Assembly (NCBI GenBank): GCA_046760505.1
Contig: JBHIEG010000009.1
Coordinates: 8,021 to 72,020, forward strand
Origin: Candidatus Hydrothermarchaeota archaeon
GTDB lineage: Archaea > CAYFZR01
Direction of reading: 5' to 3'
DNA: 64,000 nt
Shown here piece by piece: positions 9,468 to 19,806 of the stretch. Numbering within the stretch: the first letter of the stretch is position 1; each line of letters begins with the position of its first letter. A model generated the notes under the pieces. It was not told the DNA's origin. It searched no databases and saw nothing but the letters and a program-made list of their open reading frames with translations. The translations under genes were made by a program, and so were the position numbers.

Positions 9468-10934
9468 ATGGATCAAACAAGCATAATACATTCTTTCCTA
9501 AAAGAAGGAGTGAACATACATCCGGATACCTTAAGAGAGATACAAAACTCAGAAAATCCGGAGTTATTGATTCAGAGTCTTTTGAGGAGGATAGCCAAAA
9601 CAGAGAAACCGCCTGTACTGCTTCCTGAACATCTCACTCCTGTAGAGAGAATAGAAAAAGACCTTTCTATAATCAAGAGTAAGGAGTTCTATCCTATAGC
9701 AAAAGATATTGAAGAAGATATAAAGATTATCTCCGATATCACAGGTAAATCTTTCTGCGAAGGAAAGATCGAGAACTTCGTAGAATTTTTTAATGACAGA
9801 TACAAGAAGATCTGTACGATCTTTAAAGAGAGAATTGATTTTAGGGATTTCATCCCTATTTCTCATGCAAAGCGGTTACCAGACAGGAGAGTGAGGGTAG
9901 TAGGTATGGTCTCCAGTATTTCGGAGACATCTAAAGGAAGAGTAATGATGAGTATAGAAGATCCTACAGGGACAATAAATGCAATTTTACCGAATCCTGG
10001 AGAAAAAGACTCTAAAATTGTAAATGATGAAGTCTTAGGATTGGAAGGCCATATAAATAGGGGCCTTTTTATTGTAGACAGATTTGCCAGACCAGACGTT
10101 CCTGTTAGAAAGACACATAAAAAGGTAGATGATCCTGTATCCGTTGTCTTGCTATCCGATCTTCATGTTGGAAGTAAAGAATTCTTGGAAAAAGAATTTT
10201 TAAGATTTTTAAGCTGGTTGAATGGAGGAATCGGCAGAGGAGACCAAAGAGCCCTTGCTGAAAGTGTAAAATACATTATCATTGCTGGGGATATCGTTGA
10301 CGGCATTGGAGTTTATCCGAATCAAGAAGAAGACCTCCTAATAGATGATGTCTCAGAGCAATACGATCAAGTGACAAGGCTGCTTTCTCATATTCCAGAG
10401 CATATAAGCATAATAATATCTCCGGGAAATCACGATGCCGTTAGATTTGCCGAACCCCAGCCTTCATTGCCAAGAGACATAGCAGGCGCTCTTTATGAGC
10501 TCCCAAATGTAACTATGGTTGGAAATCCCGCATACATTTCTCTTCATGGAATAAACTTCTTGATCTATCACGGCAGAAGCCTTGACGACATGGTGGCATC
10601 AATATCTGGATTGAGCTATCAGTCGCCTTCTGAGATCATGATTGAACTACTTAAAAGAAGACACCTTGCACCAATTTATGGCGAAAGAACATCTATTGCA
10701 CCTGAAAAGGAAGATTATTTGGTTATAGACAGGGTACCAGATGTATTTCATTCAGGACACATTCACACTGTAGGAGTCACAAACTACAGAGGAATATTGG
10801 TAGCAAACTCTGGGGCATGGCAGACCCAGACAGAATATCAGAGAACGTTAAACTTAATTCCGGATCCCTGCAGGGTTCCCGTGATAAATTTAAATACATT
10901 CCAAACAACCGTGATGAGGTTTAAATTTAACTAA
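9468..10934 (+). CDS. polB: DNA polymerase D small subunit DP1
   Basis: SDLHVGS, AGDIVDGIGVYP, PGNHD, YHGRS, HSGHIH phosphoesterase motifs; OB fold. Confidence 0.95.
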   Translation: MDQTSIIHSFLKEGVNIHPDTLREIQNSENPELLIQSLLRRIAKTEKPPVLLPEHLTPVERIEKDLSIIKSKEFYPIAKDIEEDIKIISDITGKSFCEGKIENFVEFFNDRYKKICTIFKERIDFRDFIPISHAKRLPDRRVRVVGMVSSISETSKGRVMMSIEDPTGTINAILPNPGEKDSKIVNDEVLGLEGHINRGLFIVDRFARPDVPVRKTHKKVDDPVSVVLLSDLHVGSKEFLEKEFLRFLSWLNGGIGRGDQRALAESVKYIIIAGDIVDGIGVYPNQEEDLLIDDVSEQYDQVTRLLSHIPEHISIIISPGNHDAVRFAEPQPSLPRDIAGALYELPNVTMVGNPAYISLHGINFLIYHGRSLDDMVASISGLSYQSPSEIMIELLKRRHLAPIYGERTSIAPEKEDYLVIDRVPDVFHSGHIHTVGVTNYRGILVANSGAWQTQTEYQRTLNLIPDPCRVPVINLNTFQTTVMRFKFN

Positions 10935-11151
10935 CGTTTTCTACGGGGGATATTACTGAAACGTTGTTTCCTCTTATCACGATGGTTCCCAATTCTGTCT
11001 CCCCCTCATCAGAGATCTCTGAAGTGTTCTCCAGTATGAGATTCATAAAATTGTCAAAGCCCTTAAGTTTACCGATGAAGCGCTGTCCCCATTTCAGCTC
11101 TACGCAAACTTTCTTATTTAGCCATAACTTCAAAAGATCGTCCGCATACAA
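10927..11151 (-). CDS. Sm-like (Lsm/SmAP) protein
   Basis: GKLKGFDNFMNLIL (Sm1) and IVIRGNNV (Sm2). Confidence 0.92.
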   Translation of the reverse strand: MYADDLLKLWLNKKVCVELKWGQRFIGKLKGFDNFMNLILENTSEISDEGETELGTIVIRGNNVSVISPVENVS

Positions 11152-11259
11152 TTAAATACCTCCGATGTATTCTATTACAATTGCTAGTATCCAAGAGACC
11201 ATGAAGACTAGCATAAGAATCGCAAACAATTTCTTCTTATTTAGTCTTAGTCTCTTCAC
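11152..11259 (-). CDS. Small 35-aa single-pass membrane protein (absent from ORF track)
   Basis: Manual translation MKRLRLNKKKLFAILMLVFMVSWILAIVIEYIGGI; fills the gap exactly and its stop abuts the Lsm start. Confidence 0.6.
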   Translation of the reverse strand: MKRLRLNKKKLFAILMLVFMVSWILAIVIEYIGGI

Positions 11260-12223
11260 TTCTTAACCCCGTAATAATGTCTTCTTCGAAGTTAAATAAA
11301 ACTTCCTCTTTCGATCCATGTTTCAAAAATAATATATTTTCTTCGATTATTTTCCCTACGCAAGAGGCTGAAAAACCTCCAGCTTTCAATATATCTATTA
11401 CCTTGGTAGTTTTTTCTGAATCACAGGTAAATATGAAGCCTGTTCCAGGATAGACTCTGACCCAGTCTTTCATTTCTACCTCTTTCGGGGCAGGAATTTT
11501 TTCTACCTCAACGTAGGCTCCTTTTCTGCTTGTTTCAAGGAGCATGCCTAAAGTTCCTAGAACGCCTGGATTACTTATATCCTTGCCTGAGCGAACGAGC
11601 GCCTTTTTCGCGAGTAATCTCAGAGAACCATACAACCTTGATATCTCTTCCTTTGATTTTTTTGTGGTAGAATCCCAGTTCAGCAACTTTGGATAGAATT
11701 TCCCATCTAAATCAATTGCAAATATAATGTCGTCACCTATCCTTGCAGAGGAACTCAGTATAATCTCTTCTTTTTTCAGTGTTCCTATGATTGCCACGTC
11801 TATTGAGTTGTACGGAGAATCAGGATGTATGTGTCCTCCTAGCATTGGAACATTAAATTTCGATACTCCATCTCTCATTCCCTCTATTGCCTTAAAGCAA
11901 AATCTCTCGTTTTGCATCGAAACAACATTTACCATACCTATTGGCTCTCCTCCCATGGCATATACGTCATTGACATTTACCAGTACTGCACAATAACCCG
12001 CCCACCAAGGATCCTTTTTAATTAATCTGTCCCAAACTCCATCTGCCGCAAAGACAAGTAAGTTTTCATCCAAATCGATAACAGCCGAATCTTCGCCAAA
12101 ATCTGCAATGATTCTATCAAAGGAACAATCAGCCTCTTTTAATATATCAACTATGTTGTGGATGGGTTTTTTTCTAAGTAAGCCTTCATACTCCCTTACT
12201 GCTCTCACAATATCTTCAAGCAT
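11237..12223 (-). CDS. AIR-synthase-related protein (methanogenesis marker 2 type)
   Basis: DFGEDSAVI, AADG, AVLVNVNDVYAMGG, GGHIHPD, GKDISNPG. Confidence 0.85.
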   Translation of the reverse strand: MLEDIVRAVREYEGLLRKKPIHNIVDILKEADCSFDRIIADFGEDSAVIDLDENLLVFAADGVWDRLIKKDPWWAGYCAVLVNVNDVYAMGGEPIGMVNVVSMQNERFCFKAIEGMRDGVSKFNVPMLGGHIHPDSPYNSIDVAIIGTLKKEEIILSSSARIGDDIIFAIDLDGKFYPKLLNWDSTTKKSKEEISRLYGSLRLLAKKALVRSGKDISNPGVLGTLGMLLETSRKGAYVEVEKIPAPKEVEMKDWVRVYPGTGFIFTCDSEKTTKVIDILKAGGFSASCVGKIIEENILFLKHGSKEEVLFNFEEDIITGLRSEETKTK

Positions 12224-12270
12224 AGAAATCGAACCTCTACGAGATAAAAATAAATAGGACTATATAATCT

Positions 12271-12786
12271 TTGCATGGTGAGATGATGAGAATATCCATG
12301 ACCTTAGAGTTGAAGGATGTGCCAGGACAGTTAGTATACGCCTTAGAACCAATTTCTAAGCATAGAGGAAATATAGTGTCAGTAGTCCATCTTAGGGATA
12401 AAAAAACTAGGAAAGAATATGTACCAGTGGAAGTTACCTTTGAGGTAGAAAACAGATCTCAGCTGAATAAAATAAAAAAAGGGTTAATTGATAGAAAGAT
12501 AAGGATAGCGAAGATAGGGGAAGAAAGAGGCGAGATAAAGATATCTGTGATTCTGATAGGGCACGTCGTAGACACCGACATCAGAGATACGATAGACAGG
12601 ATAAATGAAGTAGAAGGTGTTACAGTAGCAGACCTGGATTTAGAAATGCCAGATCCATTACAAGAATCATCCGCGCACATGACCATAGTTGGTCAATCAC
12701 AGGATTCTCTGAGAAATGCTTTGAAAGCTTTGGAGGAGGTTGCAGAAGAAAAAGACCTCCTAATAATTAAGTCACTGGAGAGTTAA
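12271..12786 (+). CDS. ACT-domain protein (allosteric partner of homoserine dehydrogenase)
   Basis: [27 protein letters not shown]; adjacent to hom. Confidence 0.85.
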   Translation: MHGEMMRISMTLELKDVPGQLVYALEPISKHRGNIVSVVHLRDKKTRKEYVPVEVTFEVENRSQLNKIKKGLIDRKIRIAKIGEERGEIKISVILIGHVVDTDIRDTIDRINEVEGVTVADLDLEMPDPLQESSAHMTIVGQSQDSLRNALKALEEVAEEKDLLIIKSLES

Positions 12787-12787
12787 A

Positions 12788-13807
12788 ATGAACATTGCCT
12801 TACTAGGTTTTGGAACCGTAGGTCAGGGGCTTGCCAAGGTAATAAAAGAAAAAAAGGAGACGCTAAAAAAGAGATATTCCATGGAAATAAATATAGTTGG
12901 AGTGGCTGATAGCAGTGGAGCAGCCCTGAATGAAAATGGATTAGACGTGGATATATTGTTAAAGTCAAAAGAAAAGGGATCTGTTTCGAACTACCCGAAA
13001 TTTGGTAGGGATCTCACAGGATCTGAACTGATAAAGGAGTCCAATGCTGATTTAATAGTTGAGGCAACTCCAACGAATATATCTGATGGAGAACCCGGAA
13101 ATACGCATATAAGATGTGCGCTAAAGGAAAAAATGCATGTCGTAACATCCAATAAAGGACCACTAGCATTGTTCTTTTCAGATCTAGTTGGGCTGGCAGA
13201 AAGAAACAAGGTAGAATTTAGATATGAAGCCTCAGTTGGAGGAGCAATGCCGATTATAAATCTAGCTAGGGAGACACTGGCGGGAAACGAGATTCTTGCT
13301 ATAGTGGGAATATTGAATGGAACGACCAATTACATACTAACAAGAATGTTAAAGGAAGAGGAACCTTTTTCTTATATTTTGAAGGAGGCCCAAGAATTGG
13401 GTATCGCAGAGGCAGATCCGACCTTAGATATTTCTGGCGTTGATACGGCTTGTAAGCTGGTAATCTTGGCAAATACTCTAATGAATATGAAGCAAAGTTA
13501 TAGAGATGTTAAGGTGGAAGGAATAACAAGAATAACTCCAGAAGCGATGGAACTTGCATGGAAGAATGGTTATGTGATCAAGTTGATCGGAGAGGCAAGA
13601 AACTCGAATTTGGAAGTAGGTCCAAGATTGGTTCCTGCTCACCATCCTCTTTCGGTAGAGGGAACACTAAATGTTGCCATGTTGGAAACAGACCTTGCTG
13701 GAGAAGTTACCGTTGTAGGTAGAGGGGCTGGACAAAAAGAGACTTGCAGCGCGTTGCTGAGTGACATCATCGCCATTCACAAAAAAATGCTAAGCGAGAT
13801 ACGATAA
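12788..13807 (+). CDS. hom: Homoserine dehydrogenase
   Basis: [40 protein letters not shown]. Confidence 0.95.
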   Translation: MNIALLGFGTVGQGLAKVIKEKKETLKKRYSMEINIVGVADSSGAALNENGLDVDILLKSKEKGSVSNYPKFGRDLTGSELIKESNADLIVEATPTNISDGEPGNTHIRCALKEKMHVVTSNKGPLALFFSDLVGLAERNKVEFRYEASVGGAMPIINLARETLAGNEILAIVGILNGTTNYILTRMLKEEEPFSYILKEAQELGIAEADPTLDISGVDTACKLVILANTLMNMKQSYRDVKVEGITRITPEAMELAWKNGYVIKLIGEARNSNLEVGPRLVPAHHPLSVEGTLNVAMLETDLAGEVTVVGRGAGQKETCSALLSDIIAIHKKMLSEIR

Positions 13808-13856
13808 GTTTTTGTATTTTTTTAATTGTTTACACAATATGTAAACATACCAAAAA

Positions 13857-14684
13857 TCAAACCAATTTTATTATGATTTTCTTATGCTCCACGCCTAAAC
13901 TCTCTGCAACTGAGAGACACTTTGCCTTCAGAACATACAGAAGCCTGCCGGAGAGTTTTCCCTCGCACTCCGAGAGAACTTCATAGTTTCCCATCCCCTT
14001 GCTTATAATAAGATCGGCTTCTCCAAATAACTTTAAAAAATCTTTATCAGCCTCTTCAAAGTTTACTCCAACGGATTTTCCAGCAGATAAAACAGGAGCG
14101 TCTGTAAATTCTTTTACTTCTTCAATCGTCACATCGTTTATTACAGGAACCTCTTTTGCTGCAATAAAGACCTCTTTATCTCTTTTTTTCAGCTCTTCTA
14201 TGAGGAGGAGATCGAATATGAATTCTCCTGCATTGTCTGTAAGAAACAATATTTTCTGAGAGTTTTCGATTTTGTCTATAATCAGATCCGGAACAGGAAT
14301 GTCCTTTCTCAAAGAGTTCTCAATCGATTCTAACGCAAACTCGTGCCCTAGAACACCAAACTCTATTGCGTTTGCAGAGGCTGAAAGAGAAATTAACTCA
14401 TTGAGGTTTCTGTACTTAATGTTCTTGGAGATTTCTAGGGCTATTTTATTGGTAATTTCTTTCAGTTCTTTGTATGGATCAGGATTCTTTGTAACTTCTT
14501 TTATGATCCTATCCCTCATTGTTCCTAGGTGTGCAGGTACCTTGTCCCTAGAAATATTATTTGACAGAAATGCGGTAAACCTTTTTAAGATTTCAAAGTG
14601 CAAGTTTTCGTCTTCAGTTGCAAGTTCACCCTCTATTATAGCCCTTCTTATCAAACACGATATGCATCTTGGTTTTATCTTCAT
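13857..14684 (-). CDS. DUF89/ARMT1-like damage-control phosphatase
   Basis: PRCISC, DPYKELK, DNAGE, SKGMGNYE, KAKC. Confidence 0.9.
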   Translation of the reverse strand: MKIKPRCISCLIRRAIIEGELATEDENLHFEILKRFTAFLSNNISRDKVPAHLGTMRDRIIKEVTKNPDPYKELKEITNKIALEISKNIKYRNLNELISLSASANAIEFGVLGHEFALESIENSLRKDIPVPDLIIDKIENSQKILFLTDNAGEFIFDLLLIEELKKRDKEVFIAAKEVPVINDVTIEEVKEFTDAPVLSAGKSVGVNFEEADKDFLKLFGEADLIISKGMGNYEVLSECEGKLSGRLLYVLKAKCLSVAESLGVEHKKIIIKLV

Positions 14685-14708
14685 GATCACACCTCTAAAA
14701 TGTAAAAA

Positions 14709-15788
14709 TTAGGTAGACTTCTTCATAGCCTTTAAAACCTCTTGCATACCCTCTTTGGCGTCTAGATTCTCCTGATCAATCTTCAAAGCCATTTCAAATG
14801 ATTTAAGGGCTTCTTCATACATTCCCAAATCTTTCAGAGAATAACCTTTGCTGGACCATGCATCAGAAAGGTTTGGTTTCAGTTCCAAAGCTTTATCGAA
14901 GCATTTTATTGATTCACCAAGCATTTCCAAGGAGTATAGAGCAACACCCTTGCTGAACCATGCTATTTCATCTTCAGGATCTAATTCTATGGCTTTGTCA
15001 AAACATTCTAATGCCTCTTCGTACCTGCACTGGTTTAGGAGGTAAGTTCCTTTGTTCTTCCACGCATGAGTATAGTTGGGGTTTATTTCCAGGGCCTTAT
15101 CGTATGATTCAATACATCTCTCATCTCCTTTACTATAGAGAGTCAGACCCCTATAGTTCCATGCCTCAGCATCTTTGGGATCAAGTTCTAGTGCTCTCTC
15201 AAAACTTGTCAGCGCCTGAGTTAGCATTCCCTGATTGAGCAAAACGAGCCCCTTACCCTTCCAAGCCAACCCGTACTCCGGATTTATCTTTATGGCTTGC
15301 TCATAGCATTTCACCGATTCGTCTAATCTTCCTAGGTTGTAGAGAGCATATCCCTTACTGCTCCATGATCTGTAGTTATCGGGATTTAACTCCAATGCCT
15401 TGTCATAACAAATCAGAGACTCGTCATATCTTCCCAACTCTTGGAGAGAATCTCCCTTATCTCGCCATGCGTTAGCATAGTTTGAATCTATTTCTATTGC
15501 TTTTTCATAACAATCCAGTGCTTCTCCTAATTTACCCAGAAAATGAAGTGAGATACCTTTATTATACCAGGCTTTAGCATTCTCTGGATTTATATTAATT
15601 ACCCTTTCGTAGCATTCTATTGCTTCTTCATACTTTCCTATAACGAGAAAAGTTTCTCCTTTGTAGTTCCAAGCCTCTTCATCTTCAGGATTCAATTCTA
15701 TGGCTTTATCAAAGCATTTTATTGCCTCATCATAATTTTCCCTTCCATAAAGGGAGATGCCCTTATCCTTCCAATTTTTTACTTTCAT
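14709..15788 (-). CDS. Tetratricopeptide repeat protein (~10 TPRs)
   Basis: 34-aa repeats AWxxKG...EAxxCxDKAxELxP. Confidence 0.92.
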   Translation of the reverse strand: MKVKNWKDKGISLYGRENYDEAIKCFDKAIELNPEDEEAWNYKGETFLVIGKYEEAIECYERVININPENAKAWYNKGISLHFLGKLGEALDCYEKAIEIDSNYANAWRDKGDSLQELGRYDESLICYDKALELNPDNYRSWSSKGYALYNLGRLDESVKCYEQAIKINPEYGLAWKGKGLVLLNQGMLTQALTSFERALELDPKDAEAWNYRGLTLYSKGDERCIESYDKALEINPNYTHAWKNKGTYLLNQCRYEEALECFDKAIELDPEDEIAWFSKGVALYSLEMLGESIKCFDKALELKPNLSDAWSSKGYSLKDLGMYEEALKSFEMALKIDQENLDAKEGMQEVLKAMKKST

Positions 15789-15798
15789 CGAGATCACC

Positions 15799-16443
15799 TC
15801 AAAGTTCACTCAACATCCTCTGACAAATACGCCTTAAGGAATGACTCGGAGGAATAGGATTGAAGTAAGGTTTACACTTTCCCTTCTTTATCATGCTCAG
15901 TACTTCGTCTTCATTGTTTGCCTCCAACAAGGTAAACCCTCTGCCTACCTCGTCTAGGAAATGAGCATCGCTTCCTCCAGTCATAGGCAGTTTGTTTTTT
16001 CTTGCATAAAGGGTTGAGAAAAAATTGTTTATACGAAAGAAATCTTTTGAATTATGTGTTTCTATAGCATCAATGTTTATTTTTCCTATACGGTGGAGTA
16101 GACTTTTTCTTAGAAGAGAATAGGGATGTGGAGCGATTTTTAATCCGTTTTGTTTTTCTATCTCATCCTCTATTTCCTTTAGGCCCAGATTATTGTTTAT
16201 TTCTTCGTATATTCCTAAAGCAATTAAGTGACCACTCTTGGTGGATAACTCTACTCCCGGCACGACGATTAGACCTTCAAAATCTTTTTTAAGTTTGATC
16301 GCCTCTAATGAACCCTTTAACGAGTTATGATCTGCTATACAAATTCCATCTAAGCCTATTTTCTTACAAACCTTCAATATTTCCCTTACCTTAGTGCGTG
16401 AATCGCTTGAATAGATACTGTGTACATGGAGATCATACCTCAT
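15799..16443 (-). CDS. PHP-domain phosphoesterase
   Basis: DLHVHS, ADHN, APHP, GGSDAH. Confidence 0.9.
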   Translation of the reverse strand: MRYDLHVHSIYSSDSRTKVREILKVCKKIGLDGICIADHNSLKGSLEAIKLKKDFEGLIVVPGVELSTKSGHLIALGIYEEINNNLGLKEIEDEIEKQNGLKIAPHPYSLLRKSLLHRIGKINIDAIETHNSKDFFRINNFFSTLYARKNKLPMTGGSDAHFLDEVGRGFTLLEANNEDEVLSMIKKGKCKPYFNPIPPSHSLRRICQRMLSEL

Positions 16444-17018
16444 TTTAACATCCTCACACCGTACCACATTCTCTGAATCATTGTGAAGTAAGCTAGTAGA
16501 ACAACCAGAAGCACGCCTATGCTCAACTCATCTATAATAGAAAATAAAACAATTATCAGAATTCTTTCAGCCCTTTCTCCCAGTCCAATTCCGGTTTTTT
16601 CTATTCCAAGCGCATCAAGCTTGGCTCTCGTATAACTGACCATTATGGAGGCATGTAACGCTAAAGCACCCCATACAAATCCAGGTATTCCCAAGAAGCC
16701 AGATATTCCACCAACTATTATGCCAATAAATACCAAGCCCTCAACTATCTTGTCCAGAACAGAGTCAATGAAAGATCCAAGAGAAGTTGCTTTTTTTAAA
16801 AATCTTGCCAGAGAACCATCGATAACATCTAAAGAAGCGGAAATAAGAAGCATAATCCCACCGATTAATTCTAAGTTTACTGCATAGCAGTAACTTGCAA
16901 ATAGACCAAATACTAGCGTTAGAACAGTCAATAAATTTGGAGTTATCCCAATTCTCGCAAGCAAGGGCATTAAAGGTTCGAGATATGCTTCTACTTCTTC
17001 CCTATATTTTCCAATCAT
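16440..17018 (-). CDS. CDP-alcohol phosphatidyltransferase (archaetidylinositol phosphate synthase-like)
   Basis: TPNLLT, DVIDGSLAR, GSFIDSVLDK, VSYTRAK, ERAER. Confidence 0.88.
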   Translation of the reverse strand: MIGKYREEVEAYLEPLMPLLARIGITPNLLTVLTLVFGLFASYCYAVNLELIGGIMLLISASLDVIDGSLARFLKKATSLGSFIDSVLDKIVEGLVFIGIIVGGISGFLGIPGFVWGALALHASIMVSYTRAKLDALGIEKTGIGLGERAERILIIVLFSIIDELSIGVLLVVLLAYFTMIQRMWYGVRMLK

Positions 17019-17052
17019 GATTTAAAGTATATCAAGAATATTTAAATAAGGT

Positions 17053-18594
17053 GTGATTATGAGGATCTTAGCAGTAACCGGACAATTTGCTAAGGAAGAT
17101 GTAAGGAGATTTTCAAAGGATTATGACGTAGATGTTATTGATTTGCCTGTAACAGTTGCGGCGTTCCTGACACCAAAAAAAATAGCCTCTTATCTAAAAC
17201 AAAAAGACGTTACAAGGTACGATTTTTTGCTGACCCCTGGTTTGGTCAGGGGAGACGTTGGATATATAGAAAGGGAGCTAGGCATTCCAACCTACAAGGG
17301 ACCTAGAACTGCTGCAGATTTACCTGTTTTGTTGAGTTTAATAGAAAGATTCAAAAAGGTAAAATTATCGAAAACAGTTCCTGCATGTGTATTTATAAAA
17401 GAGAAACTCGAAAAAGAGATAAAAAAAGAAATAGACAGGTACAGAGAAGACAGGGAATTAATAAACAATCTTCTGGGTAGAGAAGGTAATTTTTTAATCA
17501 AAGACTTGCCATTAGGCAAAGATTTTCCAATGAGGGTGCTAGCAGAGGTTGTAAATGCCCCAATTCTAAAGAAAAGAGAGCTTATAGCGAAAGTAGAGTA
17601 TTATATTTCCAATGGAGCCGACATGATAGATTTAGGTATGATTGCAGGGGAAGATTATGCGAAGAAGGCCGGAAAACTCGTAAAGATAGTTAAGGATAAT
17701 TTTGATTGTCCGGTCAGTATAGATTCAATGAACCCTGAAGAAATATGGTCTGGGGTAAATAAAGGTGCTGATTTAGTATTAAGCGGAGACAAAAGCAATC
17801 TGGATGATCTCAGTGGTATTGATGTTCCAGTGGTCATAGTTCCAACAGACTACTCTAGGGAATACGTGCCCCATAAATTTGAGGAGAGGATTAAATTGCT
17901 AAAAGAGAACATAGATATTGCCTTGAGGAATAAAATTTTTCCTATAGCAGACCCACTTTTGGATCCAATTCATTCTACGAGTCTAAGTGAGTCTATAGCA
18001 ACATGTGTTTTATTTAGAAGAGAATTTAAAAACATTCCTTTATTTTTTGGTTTAGGAAATGTTACAGAATTGTTAGATGCCGATTCCCCGGGTGCAACCG
18101 CTGTTCTAGCGGGAATAGCCTCTGAACTGGACGCTTGCATACTATTTGCTCCAGAGGCAAGTGATAAGACAAGAAAAAATATAAGAGAACTTTCTATCGC
18201 ATCAAAGATGATGTTTATATCAAAAATAAGGAGGTCTCCACCAAAAGACATAGGAATAGATTTGCTAACGATAAAAGAAAAAAGAAAAAAAGGAGAAACA
18301 CTTGATATTGATGTAACAAAGGTAGAAGCAAAAGAGAAGAAAGGATACAGACTGGATCCTGCAGGTATTTTTAGAATAATCGTAGACAACCGTATAAGGG
18401 CGATACACTTCCTTAACGGCAAGCCTACGCTAGAAATAGTGGGAGAAAATGCCAAGGAGATATGCGACGAAATAATGAGGAGAAATTTAGTATCAATGTT
18501 AGATCATGCTTTTTACTTGGGAAGAGAACTTTGTAAAGCAGAGATAGCCTTAAAATTAGATAAAAGTTATATCCAGGACCTTCCTCTCTTCTGA
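17053..18594 (+). CDS. Dihydropteroate synthase-like protein with C-terminal DUF4346
   Basis: GADMIDLG, VSIDS, GLGNVTELLDADSPG, DPAGIF...HAFYLGRELCKAE. Confidence 0.85.
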   Translation: MIMRILAVTGQFAKEDVRRFSKDYDVDVIDLPVTVAAFLTPKKIASYLKQKDVTRYDFLLTPGLVRGDVGYIERELGIPTYKGPRTAADLPVLLSLIERFKKVKLSKTVPACVFIKEKLEKEIKKEIDRYREDRELINNLLGREGNFLIKDLPLGKDFPMRVLAEVVNAPILKKRELIAKVEYYISNGADMIDLGMIAGEDYAKKAGKLVKIVKDNFDCPVSIDSMNPEEIWSGVNKGADLVLSGDKSNLDDLSGIDVPVVIVPTDYSREYVPHKFEERIKLLKENIDIALRNKIFPIADPLLDPIHSTSLSESIATCVLFRREFKNIPLFFGLGNVTELLDADSPGATAVLAGIASELDACILFAPEASDKTRKNIRELSIASKMMFISKIRRSPPKDIGIDLLTIKEKRKKGETLDIDVTKVEAKEKKGYRLDPAGIFRIIVDNRIRAIHFLNGKPTLEIVGENAKEICDEIMRRNLVSMLDHAFYLGRELCKAEIALKLDKSYIQDLPLF

Positions 18595-18599
18595 AATTT

Positions 18600-19433
18600 C
18601 TATATCCAAAAATCATCGACATCTTTAATTTTTTTCCAGTTATCAAAGGATGAAGTCCAAACTAAATCGTGTACGGTTAATCTACCTTCTCTTATCCACT
18701 CCTTAACAGTCTTTAGATCAACAGGACCATACTTTCTTCCTTCTTTAAAAACATACCAAGTTTGAGGCTTTTCTGGTTTTTTTACGGAATCCCTGATTTT
18801 TTGTACAATTATTGCATCATCTTTTTCGAGATAGGTCCATGGCTCTCTCACCTTCCAGGTGATCTTTCCGCATATCGGGGGCTCAGGATAGGCTCCAGGA
18901 TCATACAATCTATAACCCATGAATTCGGTTGGCTCCTCTTGATAACAAGACCGAACCGCTTCCCTTATCACATCAGGGCTTCCTTCGTTTAGAAGATCGA
19001 TTAAAGTTATTTGATTCCTGAACCTTTCGATGGCTTCTATTTTTACATTATAGAGAAAAGGGGTTGGGGCTTCTGTACCAATTATTTTTCTTTTTTTGTC
19101 CACTCCGTTTTTTATAAAGGCTATAAAAGCATCTCCTGTTAGATGTCCCAAAGATTCTCTTCCGCAGAGAATTATGTATCGGATGTTGGGGTTCGCCACC
19201 ACGTTTGTTATGATCTTTTCTATTCCTATGTTTTCTGTTTGTAACATTCCGGCCAATGCTGCGCCAGTTTCTATAGAAACCCTGACGATTTCTTCTAGAT
19301 ATAGAGGTATTTCTGTGTCCCATGTATTGAGAATCGCAACAACAGCCACGGGAGAATAATCGTTTCCTCTCAGATATCTTCCTTCTTCGGGAGGGTAATC
19401 TGGACAGGGCTTTACCTTCAGTATCTCCTCCAC
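18600..19433 (-). CDS. MtrA/MtxA-like corrinoid protein with C-terminal GYF_2-like domain
   Basis: TENIGIEKIITNVVANPNIRYIILCGRESLGH; tail WYV..GRKYGP...WIREGRL...LVW. Confidence 0.8.
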   Translation of the reverse strand: MEEILKVKPCPDYPPEEGRYLRGNDYSPVAVVAILNTWDTEIPLYLEEIVRVSIETGAALAGMLQTENIGIEKIITNVVANPNIRYIILCGRESLGHLTGDAFIAFIKNGVDKKRKIIGTEAPTPFLYNVKIEAIERFRNQITLIDLLNEGSPDVIREAVRSCYQEEPTEFMGYRLYDPGAYPEPPICGKITWKVREPWTYLEKDDAIIVQKIRDSVKKPEKPQTWYVFKEGRKYGPVDLKTVKEWIREGRLTVHDLVWTSSFDNWKKIKDVDDFWI

Positions 19434-19580
19434 CTATATCTTTTCTTTAATTAATTTTACTTAAGACTTACAAGTGGTTAAGATCTTTCGTAACTAAAAT
19501 CATGGATAAGAGTCCTTGCATGATTTTTACGGTAAAAAAGGAGCAAAGATCACCGATGTAGATCTTTTGTTAAAAGAAGT

Positions 19581-19796
19581 TTAGCACTTTTCTGTCTCTA
19601 TATATTCTAATTTCAAGACTCCGTTCTTACATCCTTCAACACATATGGTACACATATCTCGCTGGCAGCATTTTTCAACATCGACCTTGAATTCTATACC
19701 ATCGTACTCAATAGCCCCTAGAGGACATGTGTTTACACAAATCATGCACATGCTGCAATTTTTTTTGTCAGTTAACCTTGGTATGGCAACTTCCAT
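19581..19796 (-). CDS. 4Fe-4S dicluster ferredoxin
   Basis: CSMCMICVNTCP and CCQRDMCTICVEGC. Confidence 0.85.
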   Translation of the reverse strand: MEVAIPRLTDKKNCSMCMICVNTCPLGAIEYDGIEFKVDVEKCCQRDMCTICVEGCKNGVLKLEYIETEKC

Positions 19797-19806
19797 TTAA
19801 TTAGCC

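Noticed and set aside
14709-15788. Periodic DNA repeats suggesting CRISPR
   Set aside because: 102-nt periodicity of TPR coding repeats; no spacers or cas genes
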